Assembly (NCBI GenBank): GCA_036676495.1
Contig: JAKFCT010000047.1
Coordinates: 1 to 64,000 of the forward strand
DNA: 64,000 nucleotides
Direction of reading: 5' to 3'
From: Candidatus Sericytochromatia bacterium
GTDB lineage: Bacteria > Cyanobacteriota > Sericytochromatia > S15B-MN24 > UBA4093
In this document: positions 1-8,534 of the stretch, piece by piece
Numbering within the stretch: the first letter of the stretch is position 1
Layout: each line of letters opens with the position of its first letter
The notes under the pieces: model-generated
The model's input: only the letters and a program-made list of their open reading frames with translations
Told to the model about the DNA's origin: nothing
Databases searched by the model: none
Translations under genes and position numbers: made by a program

Positions 1-352
1 GATGCGCTAGGGCGGCGAAGGCCACGGATGGCCGAGAGCCGCCGTCTCGGCCCACGACCGATCCGGCCGATGCGAGCCGTTCTCGGCCGAGACAGGGGCT
101 CCCCACGGCTCATGCGATCATCTTCCGCTGGCCCGGCTCCCCTGGCCCCCACCAGAATCCAAGTTCCAGCCAGGGGAAGCGCTCGAGGGAAGCGTTGGAC
201 CGTACCGCCCGGACCGAGCCGCTCCATATCCCTGGTCGTCAAGAATAGCTTGAAAGATCTCCCCTTGAATCGAACCTTAACTGAAGCTTTCCTGCGGTAC
301 AACCAAGATCCTCGGCGCCCCTCGGGATAACACCCATGAAAGGAGAACCGAG

Positions 353-1057
353 ATGCGCCTGCTGCTGATGATCGTGATCGCTTTGATGGCCACCGGATGC
401 GCGAAGCATCCCGTCGGCGCCTGGCAGCCCGCGCCCCCGGAACTCTCCTCCGAGATCGTCCCCCCGCCTGCTGACGCCGCCGTTCCGCGCATGACCTTCC
501 CGCACCACACCGTGGATGCCGAAGGCAACACCGCCGAGCCGATCACCATGATCGTGGCCGCCACGGAAGCGCAACTCGTCGACACCTTCGCCAAGGCCGG
601 CTGGGTGATGGCCGACGCCATGACCCCCGAGAGCATCGAGCGGATGCGCACGGCTCAGATCTGGTCGGATGCGTATCCCAACGCCCCGATCGCCCCCCTC
701 TACTACTGGGGCCGCGAGCAGGACGCCGCATGGCAGCGCCCCGACACGACGGTCGCGAACCGCATCCGGGTGCGCGTCTGGCGCAGTGACGAAAAGGACG
801 AGCAGGGCCGCTGGCTCTGGGCCTTGAACGTGGCCCAGGACGAGGGTTTCATTGGAGTTCCCAAGCTGGGAATGCCGATTCACCGCATGCTTCCGAACGT
901 CGACGACGCCAACGACATCCTGCTCGAAGACCTGACGAAGGCCGACGTGACCAGCCGCCAGTACCTTCTCACGGGAATCGGCCCCAACCTGGGCTTCCGC
1001 ACGGCTTCCGGCTCGTTCTACAAGACGGCGGGCTGGGTCCGGGTGATCGAACTCTAG
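353..1057 (+). CDS. LssY C-terminal-domain-like lipoprotein
   Basis: AAGGAG RBS; lipobox ATGC; motifs EPITM..GWVMAD..YPNAPIAPLYYWGREQDAAWQ..RIRVRVW resemble LssY_C. Confidence 0.65.
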   Translation: MRLLLMIVIALMATGCAKHPVGAWQPAPPELSSEIVPPPADAAVPRMTFPHHTVDAEGNTAEPITMIVAATEAQLVDTFAKAGWVMADAMTPESIERMRTAQIWSDAYPNAPIAPLYYWGREQDAAWQRPDTTVANRIRVRVWRSDEKDEQGRWLWALNVAQDEGFIGVPKLGMPIHRMLPNVDDANDILLEDLTKADVTSRQYLLTGIGPNLGFRTASGSFYKTAGWVRVIEL

Positions 1058-1144
1058 ACCTCCCCGCTAAAGACGCTTGCCCTTTCCGGCGCTTCCCCGC
1101 ACCATGGGAACTCGCCACCCACGCTTCCACGGAAAGGGACCCGC

Positions 1145-1720
1145 ATGAAGATTTACACCAAGACCGGCGACACCGGACAGACCTCGCTGCTTTTCGGAAA
1201 ACGGGTCTCCAAGGACGATCTGCGGGTCGAGGCCTACGGCACCGTGGACGAGGCCAACTCGGCCCTGGGGCTCGCCCTCAGCCACATGCCCCCCGAACTC
1301 TCGGAGCTGAGCGAGAGCCTGCTCGAGGTCCAGCGCGTGCTCTTCAACATCGGAGCGGAGCTGGCCACCCCTCCGGGGCGCCGTCCCGGCTGGCAAGCCG
1401 ATCAGACCCAGATCGACTTCCTTGAGCACCTGATCGACGCGCTCGACGAGAAGATCCCCCCGCTGACGAGCTTCGTGCTTCCCGGTGGCAGCCCCGCCGG
1501 AGCGGGCCTGCATCTGGCCCGCACGATCGTGCGCCGGGCCGAGCGGCTCGCCGTGACGGTCGCGCGCGACGAAGAGCTCAACCCGCTGGTGGTGACCTAC
1601 CTCAACCGCCTCTCGGACGCCCTCTTCAATGCGGCTCGCTACACCAACCACCTCATGGGAACCCCGGAGCCCGCCGGCCCCGCGCCCAAGGCCCTGCAAC
1701 GCAACGCCGAGCGAGACTGA
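1145..1720 (+). CDS. pduO: PduO-type ATP:cob(I)alamin adenosyltransferase
   Basis: MKIYTKTGDTGQTSL, YGTVDEANS, FVLPGG, RTIVRRAER, YLNRLSD. Confidence 0.92.
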   Translation: MKIYTKTGDTGQTSLLFGKRVSKDDLRVEAYGTVDEANSALGLALSHMPPELSELSESLLEVQRVLFNIGAELATPPGRRPGWQADQTQIDFLEHLIDALDEKIPPLTSFVLPGGSPAGAGLHLARTIVRRAERLAVTVARDEELNPLVVTYLNRLSDALFNAARYTNHLMGTPEPAGPAPKALQRNAERD

Positions 1721-1802
1721 GCCTCAGATTTACAACTTCTTAACGAAAGCCTAGCCCTCCAATAACGGATAGTTCTCTACGGACCACGATTGGAGGAACA
1801 CG

Positions 1803-3071
1803 ATGAAACGGCTACTTCCGGCAACCCTGCTCACGTCTCTGCTGCTTACCGGTTGTGGAGTCGGCAGTCCGGGGCTATTCGGAGGAGCCGGAGGCAGCTT
1901 CGAGCTCGACGGCACCAAGGGTCCTGGCCGGAATGCCGCCGACTGGACGGTCTTCGTCTACGTCGCCGCCGACAATAACCTCTCTCCCTTCGCCACGCGC
2001 GACCTCCAGGAGATGCAGGCCGGCCTCTCGTCGGACCGCGTCCGCTTCGTGGCCATGGTCGACCAGGCCCAGAAGGGCGACTCCCGGATCCTGGAGATCT
2101 CCGCCAAGCAGGGCCAGCCCGCAGCGACGACCGTGGTGAACGACGGCGGCGCCGTCATCCCCGCCAGCCGCGAGGTCGACTCGGGCTCCCCCGAGACCCT
2201 GAAGAAATTCGTGGAATGGGGCATCAAGAGCTACCCCTCGCGCCGCAGCATGTTCGTCATCTGGAACCACGGCGGCGGGGCCTTCACCGATCCGAACCAC
2301 CTCAAGTCCTTCTGCTGGGACGACGTCACCGAGAACCACCTCAACCTCTCCGACCTCTGGCGCGTCACCCAGTCCGCCTCCAGCCACACGAAGTTCGACG
2401 TGATGGGCTTCGACACCTGCCTCTTGGGCCACGTCGAGACCGCTTACCAGCTTTCCCGCGTCTCCGACTTCCTGGTCTCCTCGGAGAAGAACGAGCCCGG
2501 CGACGGCTGGGACTACCGCGCCCTGGCCGACGTGCTCTCGAAGAAGCCCGGGATCTACCCCCGCGAGTTCTCCGCCGAGATCGTCAAGAGCTACGGCATT
2601 TACTACAACCAGCGCCGGCAAAACGGCACGCTCTCGGCCATCGACCTCACCAAGCTGAAGGACCGGGTCGTCCCCGCCGTCAACGATCTCGCCCAGGACC
2701 TGATGGTGACCGGTGGGAACCCGGCCGCCAAGGCGGGCCTCGTGAAGAACTTCCAGCAGGCGCTCTCCCTGACCGGCTCGGACAGCGGCGAAGACTCGGC
2801 GATCGACCTCGGCCTCACCAGCCAGCTGCTGAGCCAGGACGCAACGTTGCCGCAGTCCACCCGGACGCAGGCCAGCAAGGTCTCGCAGGAGTTCCAGCGC
2901 GCGGTCGTGGCGAACGTGACCACCGGCCGTACCTCCAGCCAGAACTACCAGGGCCTCAAGATCTACTTCGACTTGAAGCAAGTGAACCCCAGCTACGCCG
3001 ACCCCAAGAGCCAGTTCTTCGGCACCACCGCCTGGGCGAAGTTCATCCAGGCCTTCAACCCCAAGTCCTAG
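1803..3071 (+). CDS. Clostripain-family (C11) cysteine peptidase lipoprotein
   Basis: Lipobox LTGC; WTVFVYVAADNNL, catalytic His in WNHGGG and Cys in FDTCL; GGAGG RBS. Confidence 0.88.
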   Translation: MKRLLPATLLTSLLLTGCGVGSPGLFGGAGGSFELDGTKGPGRNAADWTVFVYVAADNNLSPFATRDLQEMQAGLSSDRVRFVAMVDQAQKGDSRILEISAKQGQPAATTVVNDGGAVIPASREVDSGSPETLKKFVEWGIKSYPSRRSMFVIWNHGGGAFTDPNHLKSFCWDDVTENHLNLSDLWRVTQSASSHTKFDVMGFDTCLLGHVETAYQLSRVSDFLVSSEKNEPGDGWDYRALADVLSKKPGIYPREFSAEIVKSYGIYYNQRRQNGTLSAIDLTKLKDRVVPAVNDLAQDLMVTGGNPAAKAGLVKNFQQALSLTGSDSGEDSAIDLGLTSQLLSQDATLPQSTRTQASKVSQEFQRAVVANVTTGRTSSQNYQGLKIYFDLKQVNPSYADPKSQFFGTTAWAKFIQAFNPKS

Positions 3072-3120
3072 AACGAAGGACGTCGCGACAGGCTCGCGTC
3101 GCTTTCCTAGCCACAGGCGC

Positions 3121-3162
3121 AAAAGGCCGGAGCCCCGAGTCGAGTCGGGGCCCCGGCCTTTT
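3121..3162. terminator. Bidirectional intrinsic terminator
   Basis: AAAAGGCCGG-AGCCCCGA..TCGGGGCC-CCGGCCTTTT hairpin with T tracts on both strands between convergent genes. Confidence 0.8.
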
Positions 3163-3172
3163 GCTTCAGCGA

Positions 3173-4627
3173 TCAGGGGGTCAGCGCTTTGCGAACCATC
3201 TCCGCGAGCATCACCGGATCGTGGGTGAGCTTGCCGAAGTCGAGAAGGCGTCTCAGGACGTCCTGGAGGGGCCTCAGGGGAACTCCCTCGCGCATCAGGT
3301 GCTGGATGACCCGGTGAAGCTCCAGGAGGCTCAGCGTCTCGGGCAAGGCCTCGACGAGCAAGGGGTCGGTGGAGTGAAGCTCGTCGAGCAGCCACTTGAG
3401 CTCCTCGAGCGTGAAGAGCTCGTACGAGTACTTCCTCAAGACCAGCTCCAGGTGCCTGACGACCACCTCGTCGGGAGTGAGCAGACGGTAGCCGTAACTT
3501 TGGGCGCGCTTGCGCTCCGGACCCGCCACCCAGAACGCCGTGAGCAGCTCCTCGGCATCATGAAACGCCGGAAACTCCTGGGCGAAGCCGTGGGGAACCC
3601 GGCCGTCGGCAATGCGGCCATGCGGCACGGCCAGGGAGTAGCCCATCAAGAACTCGCCGGAAGCCACCTCCTGGCCTCTCACCAGGATGCGGAAGCCGTT
3701 GGGGCGCAGCGCCAGGTTGTCCTTGAAGGTGACCGGACAGGCGACGTAACCGGTGGCCCTGGCGAGCTGCAGGCGCATGGCGGCGACGGTGGCCAGCATG
3801 CGGCCTTCCTCGGGGTCGATCATCGACACGCCATGAAGCCCCACCTCGACGACCAGCATGGGCGGCTTGAGCGCCTGGTAGACATGCTCGGGGCGGGCGG
3901 GATCGGGGATCTCCAGCCCGTAGACCCCCACCTGGGGCGGCAGGGCGCGATGCGTGCAGTAGGCGCAGGTCCCGTCGCATTCGAGGAGCGGGGGCGCGGC
4001 GTCGCTCGCATCCAGGTAATCCCGGAAACGCAGGGGGACGCGGCTCGCCGGGGTCGGTGCGTTCGGTCCGTCGATGGCCAGCTCGAAGAGGGGAGCGAAG
4101 AGCGGGAACTCCCAGAACATGTCGCGGGCATGCGGGAAGAAGGCGTAGAGCATGGCCACTTCCCCGGGGACCTCCGGGCGGATCTCGCCGACTCCACCGG
4201 CCTTCAGGTAGGCATGAAGCTCTTCGGCGACCGTCAGCTCGTGCTCGGCGGCGTCCGCGAGGGCCAAGACGGCCTGCACGCGCTCTCTGAGCCGCGAAAA
4301 CAGCCTCAGCTGGGCGGTCAGCGCGCGCATGCGGTCCTCGCCGAGGGCGAAGGAAGGGGGGACTTCCAGGTTATCGGCCGGGATGCCCTGGCTGGAGGCC
4401 CAGAGGGCGAAGCGCAGGTGCTCGAGGGCGGGATGGATGCGCGCATGGGTGGCATGGGCGTGGGCGATCGCACTTTCGAGCGCATGCAGGGGCGTGCCGC
4501 GGCCCACGACTCGGCGAACGAGGGTTCTCAGCCCAGAGACGAGCCCTCCATGGACGAACGTCCCGGAGGCCAGGCGCCTGCGGGAGAGTCGCTCGAAGGC
4601 TTCGAGCCAAGGGCGGGACTGCGACAT
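3173..4627 (-). CDS. Stand-alone FHIPEP/FlhA cytoplasmic-domain protein lacking the membrane domain
   Basis: C-terminal half follows FlhA-C motif order (VEVG, MRLQLARATG..PVTFKDNLALRPNGFRILVRGQEVASGE, AFWV, GY..LTPDEVVVRHL, LMREGVPLRPL); N-half unrecognised, with CDGTCAYC; GGAGG RBS. Confidence 0.8.
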   Translation of the reverse strand: MSQSRPWLEAFERLSRRRLASGTFVHGGLVSGLRTLVRRVVGRGTPLHALESAIAHAHATHARIHPALEHLRFALWASSQGIPADNLEVPPSFALGEDRMRALTAQLRLFSRLRERVQAVLALADAAEHELTVAEELHAYLKAGGVGEIRPEVPGEVAMLYAFFPHARDMFWEFPLFAPLFELAIDGPNAPTPASRVPLRFRDYLDASDAAPPLLECDGTCAYCTHRALPPQVGVYGLEIPDPARPEHVYQALKPPMLVVEVGLHGVSMIDPEEGRMLATVAAMRLQLARATGYVACPVTFKDNLALRPNGFRILVRGQEVASGEFLMGYSLAVPHGRIADGRVPHGFAQEFPAFHDAEELLTAFWVAGPERKRAQSYGYRLLTPDEVVVRHLELVLRKYSYELFTLEELKWLLDELHSTDPLLVEALPETLSLLELHRVIQHLMREGVPLRPLQDVLRRLLDFGKLTHDPVMLAEMVRKALTP

Positions 4628-4755
4628 GACGGCATCCTCCGGCTTAGGGGGGTTCTTAAGGATCCTTTACCCGTACGGGGGGGGTTCTCACCGGATGCGG
4701 TGGCGGGGGTCACTTCGCCGGAAGCGGGGCTGGATTAGGATCGAAGCTCTGTTCG

Positions 4756-6495
4756 ATGAAAAGGATCCCCGTGAAACGCGTCTATTCCGGTATTCAAGAA
4801 GGCCTGTCGCGCCTCTCGAGCGCTCAGTACGACCCGCCGTCCTGGCAAAAGGTCTGCATTCAAGCTCACCTGCTCTCCCTGGGCTCGGAGATTACCGAGC
4901 TGAGAGCGATCCAGCAGTTGGAGGGGGAGCGGATCCAGGTCCTGCCTCATCAGATCGCTGCGGTGATGACGGCCATCAACAAGATGCACACCCGGGCCAT
5001 CTTGGCCGACGAGGTGGGCCTCGGCAAGACGATCGAGGCGGGCCTGATCCTCAAGGAGTACCTGAGCCGCGGCATGGCGCGCCGGATCCTGATCCTGACG
5101 CCGGCCCCCCTGACCACCCAGTGGCAGGGCGAGCTTTCGGGCAAGTTCGGGGAGTCGTTCTCGGTGGCCAACGAGGAGACGCAGGGCTGGCAGAACCTCG
5201 ATCGCTTGATCGTCAGCCTGGACACGGCCAAGCATCCCATCAACTCGGAGGCCCTCCTGCGCAAGCGCTGGGACATCCTGGTGGTGGACGAGGCCCATCG
5301 CCTCAAGAATGACGCCACGGTCGCCTACCAGTTCGTGAAGAAGCTGCAGAGCCGCTACATGCTATTGCTGACGGCCACTCCCATCCAGAACTCCCTCTTC
5401 GAGCTCTACAACCTCGTGAACCTGGTCTCCGAAGGACTGCTGGGGACCAAGGACAGCTTCCGCAGCCGCTTCATCGAGGATCCGAAGGGGCGGGTGCTGA
5501 AGAACCCCGAGGAGCTCACCAAGAAGCTCGGGCAGGTCATGGTGCGGCACCGGCGCTCGGAGGTCGGGATTCGCTTCGTCGATCGCAAGGTCGAGACGAT
5601 CCGGCTGGAGGGCACGCCCGAGGAGCTGCGGCTTCACGACGCGGTGGTCCAGTTCGTGGGCAACCAGATGGGCAAGGGCGTCAGCAAGGGGCAGCAAACG
5701 CTTCAATTCATCCGGCTCTCGCGGATGCTCAGCTCGAGCCCCGCGGCCTTGGCCAAGAGCGTGAGCGCCATGATGGGCTACGTGACGGTCGAGGAGACCC
5801 AGGAGCTGGCTCCGATCGCGGATCTGGCCCGGCGCATCCAGGTGGTCTCCAAGCTGGAGGCCTTGAAGACCTTCCTCGCGAATCACCAGGACAAGGCCCT
5901 GGTCTTCACGGGCTTCTACGAGACCCAGGACTTCCTGGCAGAGGCCCTGACGCGCGAGGGGTACAAGGTGCTCTGCTTCAACGGGAAGATGGGCCAGAAG
6001 GAAAAGGACCGCGTGGTGGCCGAGTTCAAGCGGGACGGCCAGGTGCTTCTCTTGACCGACGCGGGCTCGGAGGGCGTGAACCTCCAGTTCGCCCATGCCT
6101 TGATCAACTACGACCTGCCCTGGAACCCCATGCGGGTGGAGCAGCGGATCGGGCGCGTGCACCGGATCGGCCAGACGCGCGACGTCTTGATCGTGAACCT
6201 TTCGATCAAGGGAACGATCGAGGACTACGTGCTCCAGATCTTGGAGCAGAAGATCGAGCTTTTCACGCAGGCGGTGGGCGAGACGGATCTGATCCTGAGC
6301 AACCTGAAGGGGGCGGATTCGTTCGAGAAGGTGATCGTCGACCTGATCGCCAAGGCCAAGGAGCGCGGGAAGCTGGAGGAGTCGTTCGCGACCTTCGGCG
6401 CCAACCTCGAGATGGCCAAGCGCGCCGCCGATCAGATCCGGGAATTCGACGAGCAGACGCTGTCCCGGCTGGATCTTTCCGCGATCAAGCACTAG
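4756..6495 (+). CDS. SNF2-family ATPase, YqhH/RapA-like
   Basis: PHQ, ADEVGLGKT, VVDEAH, LLTATPIQN, SEGVNLQF, NYDLPWNPMRVEQRIGRVHRIGQ. Confidence 0.93.
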   Translation: MKRIPVKRVYSGIQEGLSRLSSAQYDPPSWQKVCIQAHLLSLGSEITELRAIQQLEGERIQVLPHQIAAVMTAINKMHTRAILADEVGLGKTIEAGLILKEYLSRGMARRILILTPAPLTTQWQGELSGKFGESFSVANEETQGWQNLDRLIVSLDTAKHPINSEALLRKRWDILVVDEAHRLKNDATVAYQFVKKLQSRYMLLLTATPIQNSLFELYNLVNLVSEGLLGTKDSFRSRFIEDPKGRVLKNPEELTKKLGQVMVRHRRSEVGIRFVDRKVETIRLEGTPEELRLHDAVVQFVGNQMGKGVSKGQQTLQFIRLSRMLSSSPAALAKSVSAMMGYVTVEETQELAPIADLARRIQVVSKLEALKTFLANHQDKALVFTGFYETQDFLAEALTREGYKVLCFNGKMGQKEKDRVVAEFKRDGQVLLLTDAGSEGVNLQFAHALINYDLPWNPMRVEQRIGRVHRIGQTRDVLIVNLSIKGTIEDYVLQILEQKIELFTQAVGETDLILSNLKGADSFEKVIVDLIAKAKERGKLEESFATFGANLEMAKRAADQIREFDEQTLSRLDLSAIKH

Positions 6496-6593
6496 GCGAG
6501 GGCGAGACCCGCCCCTTGCAATTCATGCTTGCATCTTAACAAAAATTCACTACAATACTATAAGCAAGCAATGTATTGCGAGGAGGACATCGC

Positions 6594-7199
6594 ATGAGAA
6601 GTACCCGCTTACCGCGTCTTTCTGGGGTTGCCCGGCTTTCGCTGATCGGTTTGGCCTTGACCGTCGCGCTCGCGGGGTGTCGTGGCGAGAGCCAGGACAG
6701 CTCCTCCGCGCCCGAGGCTCAGCCGGCCGCAACGGAGACCCAGCCGAAGGGGCCCGAGGCTCAGCCGGTCACAACGGAGGCCCAGGCGAAGGCGACTGAG
6801 AGCAAGACCATCGACACGCCCGAGGCGCATGCGCAGCTGGTCAACGAGCTCGCCGAGTCCCGCAAGCAAGCCCAGGCGAAGCAGGAGCCGGTCGATCCCG
6901 AGATCGCAAAGCGCATGAAGGATCCGGAGTACCGCAAGCAGAAGGACGAGATGCTCAACAAGCTCTCGCAGGTGAGCACGGCGTACTACAAGCAGGGCAT
7001 CGAGATTCGCCATACGCGCAAGCGGCCGGAGTGGCGATTGATCGATCCCCGGCTCGCCGCGATCACGGACATGGCAGCCCGAAAGCAAAAGGCCGAAGAG
7101 CTCGTCAAGAAGTTCAAGGGGGAGGTCGAGCCCGTCCTGGACAAGTCCATCGACGTGATCGTCTTCGCCGATGCCTCCGAGAGCATCCAGGTCTACTAG
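6594..7199 (+). CDS. Hypothetical lipoprotein
   Basis: AGGAGG RBS at 6581; lipobox LAGC; duplicated PEAQPxxTExQxK linker; host-like codon usage. Confidence 0.75.
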   Translation: MRSTRLPRLSGVARLSLIGLALTVALAGCRGESQDSSSAPEAQPAATETQPKGPEAQPVTTEAQAKATESKTIDTPEAHAQLVNELAESRKQAQAKQEPVDPEIAKRMKDPEYRKQKDEMLNKLSQVSTAYYKQGIEIRHTRKRPEWRLIDPRLAAITDMAARKQKAEELVKKFKGEVEPVLDKSIDVIVFADASESIQVY

Positions 7200-7388
7200 C
7201 GGCTGGAGCTTCTGAGCGGAAGCGCTGCCAATCGCCGTTTTCCACCCCGATCCGGGCCCTCCTGCAAGGGAGGGCCCGGATTTCACCTAATCATGCCCGA
7301 GCCTTAACCCTTCAATAAGACAGATCCCGTCGGGAGGGGCGATATAACAGTACGGGAACACAGTTGCTCCACAGAAAGGTCGTGACTC

Positions 7389-8279
7389 ATGAAGGGTTCG
7401 AACATGCAGAAGGCTATCGGGGGAATGTTGGGTTTGCTTCTGCTGGCCGGTTGTGGACAGCTTCCCGGTGCTCCGCTGGGCGGCTATGACGCCAGCTCGG
7501 CCGACGCCTCGGCCAAGAAGTTCAAGTACGCCCTGGGCGCCGACATCACCAACGACCCCGGCGTCACGCTCGACGAGTCGTTCGATACGCAGGCCCTTCC
7601 GGCCAAGATCGATCTTCGCAAGGATATGAGCCCGGTCCGGAACCAGGGCAACTTCGGTTCCTGCACCTCCTTCGCCACCATGGGCCTCCAGGAGTACCTG
7701 CTCAAGAAGCAGGGCCGCTACACCCCGCAGGCTCCCGCTTTCAACTGGTATCAGTCGCGCCGCCAGACCGGCTCCAAGGGCAAGGACGACGGCGTGCCGA
7801 CCGAGTTCGCGGTGAAGATGCTCGACGCCTACGGCTCCGTGCCGGAGTCGGACATGCCTTACCTGGCCGCCTCCAAGCAGAAGGATGAGACCGCCCGCCT
7901 GGGCTTCCTCACCCAGCAGCCCTCGAGCGCGCTGACCGAGAAGGGCAAGAAGAACCGGATCGTCACCGGCTACAAGACCGTCACCACGCTGAGCGGCGTG
8001 AAGAAGAGCCTCTCGGACGGCATGCCCGTCGTCCTGGCGATGCGCGTCTTCAGCAGCATGAGCAACACCCCGAAGTCGGGCCTCCTGCCGATGCCCACCT
8101 CCAAGGACACCTTCCAGGGCGGCCACGCGGTCCTCGCCGTGGGTTACGACAACGAGAAGCGGGTCGTCATCGTCCGCAACTCCTGGGGCACGGACTGGGC
8201 CGACGGTGGCTACTTCTACATGCCTTACGAGTACCTGAAGTTCGGCGGCGTGCGCCTGGCGGTGGTTCCCAAGATCTAA
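7389..8279 (+). CDS. Papain-family (C1A) cysteine peptidase lipoprotein
   Basis: Lipobox LAGC; QGNFGSCTSFA, GGHAVLAVGY, RNSWG; start may be 7404. Confidence 0.92.
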   Translation: MKGSNMQKAIGGMLGLLLLAGCGQLPGAPLGGYDASSADASAKKFKYALGADITNDPGVTLDESFDTQALPAKIDLRKDMSPVRNQGNFGSCTSFATMGLQEYLLKKQGRYTPQAPAFNWYQSRRQTGSKGKDDGVPTEFAVKMLDAYGSVPESDMPYLAASKQKDETARLGFLTQQPSSALTEKGKKNRIVTGYKTVTTLSGVKKSLSDGMPVVLAMRVFSSMSNTPKSGLLPMPTSKDTFQGGHAVLAVGYDNEKRVVIVRNSWGTDWADGGYFYMPYEYLKFGGVRLAVVPKI

Positions 8280-8298
8280 GGCGTTTCAAGCGCTCAGC

Positions 8299-8333
8299 CC
8301 GCGAGGGGGGACTTTCGAAGTCCCCCCTCGCGG
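8299..8333 (+). terminator. Probable intrinsic terminator
   Basis: CCGCGAGGGGGGACT-TTCG-AAGTCCCCCCTCGCGG hairpin followed by CGTTCTCCTT. Confidence 0.6.
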
Positions 8334-8358
8334 CGTTCTCCTTCGGCATAGGCGATTA

Positions 8359-8451
8359 AGGTTGGGCATCCGCGACGGGGGTTGGGCGCTACGCCCTGCG
8401 GCCGGGGCGTTGGCGCCTGCGGCTAGGACGTTGGCGCCTGCGGCTAGGGTG
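8359..8451 (+). repeat. Degenerate ~21-bp tandem array (GTTGGCGCCTGCGGCTAGG)
   Basis: Two exact cores, GCGCCTGCGGC starting at 8413 and 8434, plus degenerate upstream units. Confidence 0.7.
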
Positions 8452-8534
8452 TTATGGATCGATCACAGATCCCGGGGGCGATTTCGGAGATCATAGGCTC
8501 AGACGGCCCGCAACGGCCCTAGAGGAGCCTCCCC

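Noticed and set aside
1-240. Possible tRNA-Sec, 6S RNA or riboswitch (TCCCCTGGC..GCCAGGGGA stem)
   Set aside because: No anticodon or T loop and no recognisable family core; it may be the 5' region of a gene outside the window.
3949-3985. Radical SAM enzyme call from CDGTCAYC
   Set aside because: The motif is followed by an FlhA-like domain rather than a partial TIM barrel.
2216-4738. Long alternative ORFs (840 aa here; also 19017-21749 and 31464-33818)
   Set aside because: Shadow or antisense frames of well-supported genes in high-GC DNA, with skewed composition and no recognisable motifs.
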